Shown in pieces: positions 8,351 through 15,514 of a DNA stretch of 53,959 nucleotides; the first letter of the stretch is position 1, and every line of letters starts with the position of its first letter. A program made the position numbers and the translations under genes. A model generated the notes under the pieces. It saw only the letters and a program-made list of their open reading frames with translations. It was not told the DNA's origin and did not search any database. Source of the DNA: Nitriliruptorales bacterium (GTDB lineage: Bacteria; Actinomycetota; Nitriliruptoria; Nitriliruptorales; Nitriliruptoraceae); NCBI GenBank assembly GCA_041591915.1, contig JBFHRB010000001.1, positions 1-53,959 on the forward strand, given 5' to 3'.

Positions 8351-8405
8351 CCCGCGGCCGCTTCTCGGCTACAAGGACGTGGCGCGGCAGCCGGAGGAGG
8401 GCGCC

Positions 8406-9749
8406 ATGGCCACGATCTTCCAGCCCGACCTCGAGACGATGGATCCGGCCGACCGCGCCGACCTGCAGTCGCGCCGGCTGGTGGCCCTGCTCCAACGGCT
8501 GATCCAGCTCGACTCGCCCTACTGGCGCGGCAAGCTCGACGGGGTCGATGTCGGGTCCGTCCGCGGCGTCGACGACCTGCACCAGCTCCCGTTCACGGTC
8601 AAGGCCGAGCTGCGCGACACGTACCCATTCGGGATGCTCGCCGTGCCGATGCACGACGTCGTGCGCGTACACGCCTCGTCCGGGACCTCGGGCAAGCCCA
8701 CGGTGGTCGCCTACACGGCCGGCGACATCGAGGTGTTCGCCGAGGTCAACGCGAGGTCCATCGCCTGCGCCGGAGGCACGGCCGACGACATCATCCACGT
8801 CGCCTACGGCTACGGCCTGTTCACCGGCGGCCTCGGCCTGCACTACGGCGTGGAGCGGCTCGGGGCGTGTGCCGTCCCCGCGTCGGGTGGCAACACGGGC
8901 CTGCAGGTGCAGCTGCTCGAGGACCTCGGCGCCGTCGGGCTGTGCTCGACGCCCTCCTTCGCGATGCTGCTCGCCGAGCGGGCGGAGGCCGATGGCCTCA
9001 TGGATCGGCTGGGTGTGCGGTACGGGATCTTCGGCGCGGAGCCGTGGTCGCAGGCGTACCGCGAGCAGCTGGAGGCCCACTGGTCCGCAGCCACCGGGTC
9101 GTTCGACGCCTGTGACATCTACGGCCTCAGCGAGATCATCGGCCCCGGCGTCGCGATGGAGGCGCGCGAGTCCAAGGGCGCGCTGTTCGTGTTCGACGAC
9201 CACTTCCTGCCCGAGATCGTCGACCCCGACACGGGGGACCCGGTGGCGGAGGGCGAGTACGGCGAGCTGGTGCTCACCACGCTCACCAAGGAGGCGCTGC
9301 CGATCCTGCGCTACCGGACGGGTGACGTGACGCGGTTCGTCGACGATGCCTGCCCGTCGGGGCGCACCCATCGGCGGATCGAGCGCCTCCAGGGTCGCGT
9401 CGACGACATGCTGGTCATCCGGGGTGTGAACGTCTTCCCGCGTGAGATCGAGGCCGTTCTGCTCGACGACCCGGCCGTGGGCGCGCACTACGGGATCGTC
9501 GTCGACCGGCGCGAGACGATGCCCCAGCTGCAGGTGCGGGCCGAGCTGCGGAGCTCGGCCGACGTCGGCCGCGTCCATGAGCTCCGTGACGTGCTGCAGG
9601 CACGCCTGCTCGAACGCTGCCGCCTCCGCATCGACGTCACGCTCGTCCCGCCGGGCGGGTTCCCGCGACAGGAGGTCGGCAAGGCGCGCCGGGTCTTCGC
9701 GTGGGAGCCCGGCGCGGACGACCCCTGTCCCGTGGACGCGACGGCCTAG
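8406..9749 (+). CDS. Phenylacetate-CoA ligase (PaaK) family protein
   Basis: Starts at ATG 8406 (MATIFQPDLETMD), preceded by GGAGGAGGG. Motifs: LPFTVKAELRDTYPFG and HASSGTSGKPTVV. The upstream 65 aa of the track ORF overlap the ACAD-3 3' end and were rejected. Confidence 0.85.
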   Translation: MATIFQPDLETMDPADRADLQSRRLVALLQRLIQLDSPYWRGKLDGVDVGSVRGVDDLHQLPFTVKAELRDTYPFGMLAVPMHDVVRVHASSGTSGKPTVVAYTAGDIEVFAEVNARSIACAGGTADDIIHVAYGYGLFTGGLGLHYGVERLGACAVPASGGNTGLQVQLLEDLGAVGLCSTPSFAMLLAERAEADGLMDRLGVRYGIFGAEPWSQAYREQLEAHWSAATGSFDACDIYGLSEIIGPGVAMEARESKGALFVFDDHFLPEIVDPDTGDPVAEGEYGELVLTTLTKEALPILRYRTGDVTRFVDDACPSGRTHRRIERLQGRVDDMLVIRGVNVFPREIEAVLLDDPAVGAHYGIVVDRRETMPQLQVRAELRSSADVGRVHELRDVLQARLLERCRLRIDVTLVPPGGFPRQEVGKARRVFAWEPGADDPCPVDATA

Positions 9750-10270
9750 GCGGGGAGCCGCTCGAGGACCCGACCGCCGCCGATCGTGACGTCGACGAGG
9801 ACGCCCTCGCCCTTGCCGAGCGGATCGATGGTCTCGCCGGTCAGGCCGCGGACGGCCGCCTCGTTGGTCGGGGAGTGGCCGACCACGAGCGCGACCTCGT
9901 CACCCTCCAGCCACCCGGCGATCTCCCGCAGCGCGCCACCGAGGGCCACGGACTCGACGTCGACCCACTCGGGGTCGACCTCCGCGAGGTCGTCGAGGTG
10001 GCCGGACCCGCACAGCGAGAAGGCCTTGCGCCAGCGGTCCTCGTCGCCGCTGCGGATCCCGCGATGGACGACGACTCCGCGCGGCACCACGAGGCCCGCA
10101 CCGGCCAGCAGGCACCCGACGGTCTGCGTTGCGCGCTGGGCGCCGGACGACACGGCGATGGCGTACCGCCGTGTCAGCGACGAGCCGATCGCCACGGCGG
10201 CGGCGACACCCTCGCGCGTGAGCGCGTCCCCGTCGTTGGCCGTGTGGCGGCGGATCTCGAGCTGTGGCAC
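9746..10270 (-). CDS. Histidine phosphatase (phosphoglycerate mutase-like) family protein
   Basis: Has an RH motif near the N-terminus (EIRRHTAND) and a later VVGHSP. It is small (174 aa) and sits 13 nt downstream of the ligase gene. Confidence 0.55.
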   Translation of the reverse strand: MPQLEIRRHTANDGDALTREGVAAAVAIGSSLTRRYAIAVSSGAQRATQTVGCLLAGAGLVVPRGVVVHRGIRSGDEDRWRKAFSLCGSGHLDDLAEVDPEWVDVESVALGGALREIAGWLEGDEVALVVGHSPTNEAAVRGLTGETIDPLGKGEGVLVDVTIGGGRVLERLPA

Positions 10271-10283
10271 GACGTCCTCCGGC

Positions 10284-11771
10284 TCAGAAGTCCTTGACGA
10301 GCTCGCGCTTGAGCACCTTGCCCATCGCGTTGCGGGGCAGCTCGTCGACGATCCGCACGTGGCGTGGTCGCTTGTAGTCGGCCAGCCGTTCCTCGCACCA
10401 CTCGGCGATGTCGTCTGCCGTCAGCGCCGCACCGTCCACCGCGACGATGGCGGCGCCGACGTCCTCGCCGAGGACATCGTGCGGCACGCCGACCACGGCC
10501 GCCTCCTGCACGTTCGGGTGCTCGTAGAGGACGTGTTCGATGTCCTGGCAGTAGATGTTGTTGCCACCACGGATGATGACGTCCTTCATCCGCCCGACGA
10601 TGTAGAGGAAGCCGTCCTCGTCGAAGCGGCCGAGGTCGCCCGAGTGGAGCCACCCGTCCTGCCAGGTCTCGGCGGTGGCCTCGTCGTCGTTGAAGTACTC
10701 GCGCTCGCGGCCGGGGTTGCGGATGACGACCTCTCCGACGTCCCCGGTCGCGACGTCGTCCCCGGCCTCGTCGACGATCCGGATCTCCAGCGGTGGGATC
10801 GGCTGGCCGACCGAGCCCGGCCGGTTGTGGAGCTCGCCCTTGGGCATGACGCAGAAGGCCGCCCCGGCCTCGGTCATCGAGTAGCTGTTGGACACCGCGG
10901 CGTTCGGCAGTCCCTCGGCGAACCGGTAGAGCGTGGCGGGTGCGATCGGGGCCGAGCCGATCGAGATCATCGCGATCGACGACAGGTCGCGTACTCCCCA
11001 GTCGGGGTGGTTCACGATCAACTCGACCATCGACGGGACGAGGAACCCCATGAGCACGGGCTCCTCCTCGGCGAGGCGCAGCCACTCGCCCGCGTCGAAC
11101 CGCGGCAGGTACAGCCCGGTGGTCCCCATCCGCGGTGGGACGGTGATGAAGCTGATGCCCGCGAACGTGAACAGCGGCGAGGCGTGGAACCACTTGAGCC
11201 CCGTCCAGGCGTCGGGCGGGCCGATCGGCATCTGGGTCGCGCGGTTGTGGCGCGCCACGACGCCCTTGGGTCGTCCGGTGGTGCCCGACGTGTACAGCAG
11301 GTCGGCCATCGCGTCATCCGGCAGGGCGACCTGGACGTCCTCGTCGTCGTCGGCGACCCAGTCGTCCCACTCGGACACGGCGACGATCCGCTGGATCGAG
11401 GCCACACCCGCGGCGGCCTCGCGGACGCGCGGGAGCAGCTCGTCGCTGGCGACGACCACCCGCGGCTCGCTGTGGCCGAAGATGTGGGCGAGCTCCCTGG
11501 TGCTCAGGCGTACGTTGGTCGGGACGGTCACGCCGCCGGCCTTGTGCACGCCCATGTAGGCCTGCAGGTGCACCAGGGCGTCGCCGGGCGAGCAGCAGAT
11601 CGCCACGCGCTCCTGGGCCCGCAGTCCCTCGTCGATCAGGCGGCGCGCGGCGCGGCTGGCACTGCGGTCCCACCCGGACATGGAGAGGGTCCCGACGCCG
11701 ACCACCTCGTAGGCGTCGACATCGGGGAAGCGCTCGGCGGCGAGGCGTACCTGGTCGCTGACGAGCGGCAC
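10284..11771 (-). CDS. AMP-dependent acyl-CoA synthetase/ligase (FadD-like)
   Basis: Motifs: LLYTSGTTGRPKGV and GWLHSGDLGRFDEDGFLYIVGRMKDVIIRGGNNIY. Confidence 0.9.
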   Translation of the reverse strand: MPLVSDQVRLAAERFPDVDAYEVVGVGTLSMSGWDRSASRAARRLIDEGLRAQERVAICCSPGDALVHLQAYMGVHKAGGVTVPTNVRLSTRELAHIFGHSEPRVVVASDELLPRVREAAAGVASIQRIVAVSEWDDWVADDDEDVQVALPDDAMADLLYTSGTTGRPKGVVARHNRATQMPIGPPDAWTGLKWFHASPLFTFAGISFITVPPRMGTTGLYLPRFDAGEWLRLAEEEPVLMGFLVPSMVELIVNHPDWGVRDLSSIAMISIGSAPIAPATLYRFAEGLPNAAVSNSYSMTEAGAAFCVMPKGELHNRPGSVGQPIPPLEIRIVDEAGDDVATGDVGEVVIRNPGREREYFNDDEATAETWQDGWLHSGDLGRFDEDGFLYIVGRMKDVIIRGGNNIYCQDIEHVLYEHPNVQEAAVVGVPHDVLGEDVGAAIVAVDGAALTADDIAEWCEERLADYKRPRHVRIVDELPRNAMGKVLKRELVKDF

Positions 11772-11810
11772 GCGTCGTCCTCCGGTGCGGGGCCTGGGTG
11801 GCCCTCGACG

Positions 11811-12737
11811 CTACTGCTGGACCGCGGGCGCCGCAGCGCCGAACGGCGGAACGCTGGGGTCGTGCTCGGCGAACAGCTGCTTCATGGCGTCGGTCAGCTC
11901 CTCGGCCTGCCACGCCCGACCGCCGGCCTGGACCTGCTCGACGACCTTCCAGCCGGACGCGAGCTCGATCGAGTCGCCCCAGACGACGAAGTTCTGGCCG
12001 CTGACGTGGCCGGCCTCGTCGGACGCGAGCCACGCGACGAGGGGCGAGACGTTCTCCGGGGCCACGGCCGACCACTCGCCGTCACCGACGTTGGCCAGGG
12101 GGCCCATGAGGTTCTCGGTCATGCGGGTGAGTGCGCGCGGGGAGATGGCGTTGACCGTCACGCCGATGCGCGAGAGCTCGCGCCCCATCGTGATGGTCAG
12201 CGCGGCGATACCCGCCTTGGCGGCCGAGTAGTTCGACTGGCCGACGTTGCCGTAGAGCCCTGCCTCGGACGAGGTGTTGATGATCCGGCCGCTGACGGCC
12301 TCACCGGCCTTGGACCGGGCGCGCCAGTGGCGTGCCGCGAAGTGGGAGGGGGCGAAGTGGCCCTTGAGGTGGACGTTGATGACCGCGTCCCAGTCCTCCT
12401 CGCTGATGTTCCACGACATGCGGTCGCGCAGGATCCCGGCGTTGTTCACGACGATGTCGAGCTGGCCCCACTCCTCGATCGCCTGCGTCACGAGGCTCTC
12501 GGCACCCGCGAAGCTCGCGATGTCGTCGAAGTTCGCGACGGCCTCGCCGCCGGCGGCGTTGATCTCGTTGGCGACCGCCTCGGCCGGCCGCTCGCCGGTG
12601 TCCGAGCCGTCGAGGGCCACGCCGATGTCGTTGACCACGACGCGCGCGCCGTGTCGGGCGAGCTCGAGCGCGTGGGCCCGGCCGAGGCCTGCGCCGGCCC
12701 CCGTCACGATCGCGATCTTGCCGTCCAGCAGCCCCAT
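11811..12737 (-). CDS. SDR-family 3-hydroxyacyl-CoA dehydrogenase-like protein (resembles the Hsd4A / Rv3502c N-terminal domain)
   Basis: GKIAIVTGAGAGLGRAHALELARHGARVVVNDIG, IVVNNAGILRDRM and NYSAAKAGI closely resemble the mycobacterial Hsd4A-type SDR. This comparison is from memory and was not aligned. Confidence 0.8.
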   Translation of the reverse strand: MGLLDGKIAIVTGAGAGLGRAHALELARHGARVVVNDIGVALDGSDTGERPAEAVANEINAAGGEAVANFDDIASFAGAESLVTQAIEEWGQLDIVVNNAGILRDRMSWNISEEDWDAVINVHLKGHFAPSHFAARHWRARSKAGEAVSGRIINTSSEAGLYGNVGQSNYSAAKAGIAALTITMGRELSRIGVTVNAISPRALTRMTENLMGPLANVGDGEWSAVAPENVSPLVAWLASDEAGHVSGQNFVVWGDSIELASGWKVVEQVQAGGRAWQAEELTDAMKQLFAEHDPSVPPFGAAAPAVQQ

Positions 12738-12762
12738 GGGGTTCCCCTCGTTCAGCAGTTTC

Positions 12763-12775
12763 TGACGGACCGTCA
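12763..12775. promoter_or_regulatory. Palindromic operator-like site, N5 variant (TGACGGACCGTCA)
   Basis: Context is TTTCTGACGGACCGTCAGGTTT, 26 nt upstream of the SDR start codon (12737). Confidence 0.5.
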
Positions 12776-12799
12776 GGTTTCTATCAGCCGGGCCCGGGC

Positions 12800-12820
12800 G
12801 CCGCCAACCCCGTGGGCGGC
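12800..12820. terminator. Short GC hairpin downstream of the TIM-barrel gene (weak terminator candidate)
   Basis: GCCGCC-aaccccgtg-GGCGGC. It lies 11 nt past the stop of gene 12831-13577 and separates that gene from the SDR promoter. Confidence 0.3.
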
Positions 12821-12830
12821 CGGCTCCGAG

Positions 12831-13577
12831 TCAGCCGAGCAGTGCGCGGACGTGCGCGACGCCACGGCGTACCGCGCTGGCCTCGCCCTCGGCGTCGATC
12901 CGTGGGCCGGCGAGCTCCAGCTCGATGGGCACACCTCGCCCGATCCGTGCGAGCAGGCGACCCAGCGGCACGGCACCGTCGCCGGGCACGGCCCGGTCCG
13001 GCGTCTGGTGCGTCGGCACGACGAAGTCGCTCACCTGGACGGCACGGATGCGGGGGTGCGAGATGAGGTCGTCGATCTCCCGCTCCATCCAGCACGCGTG
13101 CAACTCCGCCGCGATCCCGAGGTCGGTTGCCTTGCCGAGGGCGATCGCGTCGCGGATCGTGAAGACGAACGAGAGGTCGACGCGCAGCTGGTTCGTCTGC
13201 TCGACCAGGAGCTGGCCGTGCAGGGGCCGGACCAGCTCGGCGAACGCCGTCGCGGCATCCACGTACCGCCAGCCGATCGCGGGCCCCGTCGTGGTGCACA
13301 GTGGCGCGTCGAACGATGCGGCGAGGTCGAGGAGCTCCTGCGCGGTGCGGCGCTGCGACTCCCAGCTCGAGCGGTCGGCGAGGTCGAAGGGGGTGTGGGC
13401 GAGCAGTGACGTCGTGCTGATCCCGGCGGCTGCGAGGGCTTCGCGCGTGGCGTCCGCCCCGGCCGCGCGCACCGAGGGCGCGTACAGCGCCACGGCACCG
13501 ACCTCGAGCTCGTCCAGCAGGTCGATCTGCGCGGCCAGCGGGATGCTCCGCATGCTCACCTGGTGGATGCTCAGCAC
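12831..13577 (-). CDS. Sugar phosphate isomerase/epimerase-like (xylose isomerase-like TIM barrel) protein
   Basis: Starts at GTG 13577 (VLSIHQVSMRSIPL...). ATG 13553 is an alternative start. The N-terminal pattern and length (about 248 aa) are family-typical. The upstream 105 aa of the track ORF cross the intergenic operator and were rejected. Confidence 0.65.
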   Translation of the reverse strand: MLSIHQVSMRSIPLAAQIDLLDELEVGAVALYAPSVRAAGADATREALAAAGISTTSLLAHTPFDLADRSSWESQRRTAQELLDLAASFDAPLCTTTGPAIGWRYVDAATAFAELVRPLHGQLLVEQTNQLRVDLSFVFTIRDAIALGKATDLGIAAELHACWMEREIDDLISHPRIRAVQVSDFVVPTHQTPDRAVPGDGAVPLGRLLARIGRGVPIELELAGPRIDAEGEASAVRRGVAHVRALLG

Positions 13578-13624
13578 CCGTCGCCCCGTCCGTCCGCGCA
13601 GCCGCACGCTAGCCCGGTGATGGC

Positions 13625-13638
13625 TGACGCGGCTGTCA
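13625..13638. promoter_or_regulatory. Palindromic operator-like site, TGAC-N6-GTCA class (TGACGCGGCTGTCA)
   Basis: Context is GGCTGACGCGGCTGTCAGGTT, in the 67-112 nt divergent gap between the TIM-barrel gene and the cupin operon. The inner positions are less symmetric than at other sites. Confidence 0.55.
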
Positions 13639-13689
13639 GGTTCGGTGGTCGCACCGATACGCTTGGCGGCACCGACAGGAGCAGCCGCG

Positions 13690-14160
13690 ATGTCCCTGAC
13701 CGCCACGCCACCGATCGAGTCCCGGGTGGTCGATCCCGCGTCCCTGCCGTGGGCGATCTGGATGGAGGGGCTGTCGGTCAAGATCCTGCGCGCGAACCTC
13801 GAGACGAACGAGTACACGCTGCTCGTCCGCTTCGCGCCCGGCGTGGAGCTGCCGCGCCACCGCCACTTCGGCGCGGTCCACGCCTGGACCATCCAGGGAC
13901 GCTGGCACTACCTCGAGTACGACTGGGACGCGACGACGGGCACGTACGTCCACGAGCCCGCCGGCTCCGTCCACACCCTGAAGGTCCACGACGACAACGA
14001 TGGCGACACGGTGGTCCTGTTCGCCATGCAGGGAGGCCTCGTGCTGCTCGGGCCCAACGACGAGGTCTGGATGTACGAGGACGCCGAGTCGGCCCTCGAC
14101 CGGTACCGGATCGCGCTCGAGCAGCAGGGCGACGCCTTCCCCGACGCGATCCTGCGCTGA
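13690..14160 (+). CDS. Cupin-fold protein, 2,4'-dihydroxyacetophenone dioxygenase (DAD)-like family
   Basis: Starts at ATG 13690, preceded by AGGAG. The track start GTG 13645 is also possible. Cupin metal motif: PRHRHFGAVHAWTIQGRWHY...YVHEPAGSVHTL. Confidence 0.65.
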   Translation: MSLTATPPIESRVVDPASLPWAIWMEGLSVKILRANLETNEYTLLVRFAPGVELPRHRHFGAVHAWTIQGRWHYLEYDWDATTGTYVHEPAGSVHTLKVHDDNDGDTVVLFAMQGGLVLLGPNDEVWMYEDAESALDRYRIALEQQGDAFPDAILR

Positions 14161-14162
14161 TC

Positions 14163-14939
14163 GTGGCCCGGCCAGACGACACCGTCCCCCCGCACCTGCA
14201 GGCCCTGGTGTCCGGGCACGGGCGCCCGATCCTGCTGCTCCACGCCTTCGCGATGACCCCGATCGCGTACCAGGCGGTGATCGACTCCCTCACCGACCAC
14301 GCACTCGTGATCGCGCCGTGGTGGATGCGGGAGCCGCGTCGGGGGTGGACGTTCCGGGGGACCGTCGACGCGCTGGAGGCGCTGCTGGATCGCCTTCGCC
14401 TGGGGCGTGTGACCATCGTGGGGCACAGCTACGGCGGGGCGCTCGCGCTGGCCCTGGCCGCGCAGATGTCCGCGTGCGTCGAGCACCTCGTCCTGGTCAA
14501 CGCGCTCGCCCTCTCGCCGGGCCGCAAGGAGCTCGCGCGGATGGCGAAGCCCACCAAGGCCTTCCCGAACCTGGTGAGCCGGCCGGGCGCGGTCGGCTTC
14601 ATGGAGACCGTCCTCACCCGGCCTCGCAACGTGATGGCGGCGGGCTGGTCGGGTTACCAGCTCGACCTCGTGGACGAGGCACGACAGGTCGCCGAGCAGC
14701 GGGTGCCCACGTCCGTGCTGTGGGGCCGCAGCGACCAGATCCTCCCGCCGAGCCTCGGTCGGCGACTCGCCGACGAGACGGGCGGGACGTTCCACGACAT
14801 CGCCGAGGACCACAGCGGCCGCCCCCTCGACCACGACTGGCCGTTCCGCAGCCCGGAGCGCTTCCTGTCGGCGCTGCACGGGCTCGGAGTCGTCGGTCGT
14901 CGACGCGGGACCACCCCAACGGAGGAGACACCGGCATGA
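14163..14939 (+). CDS. Alpha/beta hydrolase
   Basis: Starts at GTG 14163, 2 nt after the cupin stop. Has the GHSYGG nucleophile elbow and a late HD pair. It is the in-frame tail of artefactual track ORF 13563-14939. Confidence 0.8.
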   Translation: MARPDDTVPPHLQALVSGHGRPILLLHAFAMTPIAYQAVIDSLTDHALVIAPWWMREPRRGWTFRGTVDALEALLDRLRLGRVTIVGHSYGGALALALAAQMSACVEHLVLVNALALSPGRKELARMAKPTKAFPNLVSRPGAVGFMETVLTRPRNVMAAGWSGYQLDLVDEARQVAEQRVPTSVLWGRSDQILPPSLGRRLADETGGTFHDIAEDHSGRPLDHDWPFRSPERFLSALHGLGVVGRRRGTTPTEETPA

Positions 14940-15514
14940 ACGCGTCCTTCACCCGGATGGACGAGTCCACCCAGGACGACTGGATGACCATCGCGTCGGC
15001 CTCGGTCACCTATGACCGCCAGGTCGTCGATCGGCTCTTCGGGATGCTCCAGGCACTCGGCGAGATCGACGGCGGCTTCGGCGTGACCCAGCTCGACCAC
15101 GCGCTGCAGATGGCCACCATGGCGAGGCGCGACGGGGCCTCGGACGAGCTGGTCGTCGCCGCCCTGCTCCACGACGTCGGCAAGGCCGTGTCGATGGTCA
15201 ACCATCCGGCCATCGCCGCCGAGATCCTGCGGCCGTGGGTCAGCGACGCGACGTACCAGATCGTCCGGACCCACCAGGACTTCCAGGGCCGCCACTACTA
15301 CCACCACTTCGGCGGGAGCCGGGAGCTGCGCGAGCAGTACCGCGACGAGCCGTGGTTCGCGGACGCCGAGCGGTTCACCGACGTGTGGGACCAGGCGGCC
15401 TTCGACCCCGAGTACGACCGGATGTCGCTCGAGGACTTCCGGCCGATCTGCGAACGGGTCTTCTTCGGCGAGGCTGCCGACGGCGTCAGTCGAGCCGAAG
15501 TGGCGGGAGGCTGA
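14936..15514 (+). CDS. HD-domain protein, PhnZ/MIOX-like (putative metal-dependent oxygenase or phosphohydrolase)
   Basis: Starts at ATG 14936, overlapping the hydrolase stop (ATGA). Motifs: LDHALQMATMA, AALLHDVGK, later conserved-looking His residues (VRTHQDFQGRHYYHH) and WDQAAFDP. Confidence 0.7.
   Translation: MNASFTRMDESTQDDWMTIASASVTYDRQVVDRLFGMLQALGEIDGGFGVTQLDHALQMATMARRDGASDELVVAALLHDVGKAVSMVNHPAIAAEILRPWVSDATYQIVRTHQDFQGRHYYHHFGGSRELREQYRDEPWFADAERFTDVWDQAAFDPEYDRMSLEDFRPICERVFFGEAADGVSRAEVAGG

Noticed and set aside
9786-13409. 1207-aa plus-strand ORF. Similar giants occur at 16973-20092 (+), 27393-29807 (+), 39364-41748 (+), 37280-39730 (-), 15298-17193 (-) and 26608-27522 (-).
   Set aside because: They are Arg/Pro/Gly/Ala/Asp-rich, low-information translations with no recognisable motifs. 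They run antisense or out of frame across several well-supported conserved genes. Stop-poor alternative frames like these are typical of very GC-rich DNA.
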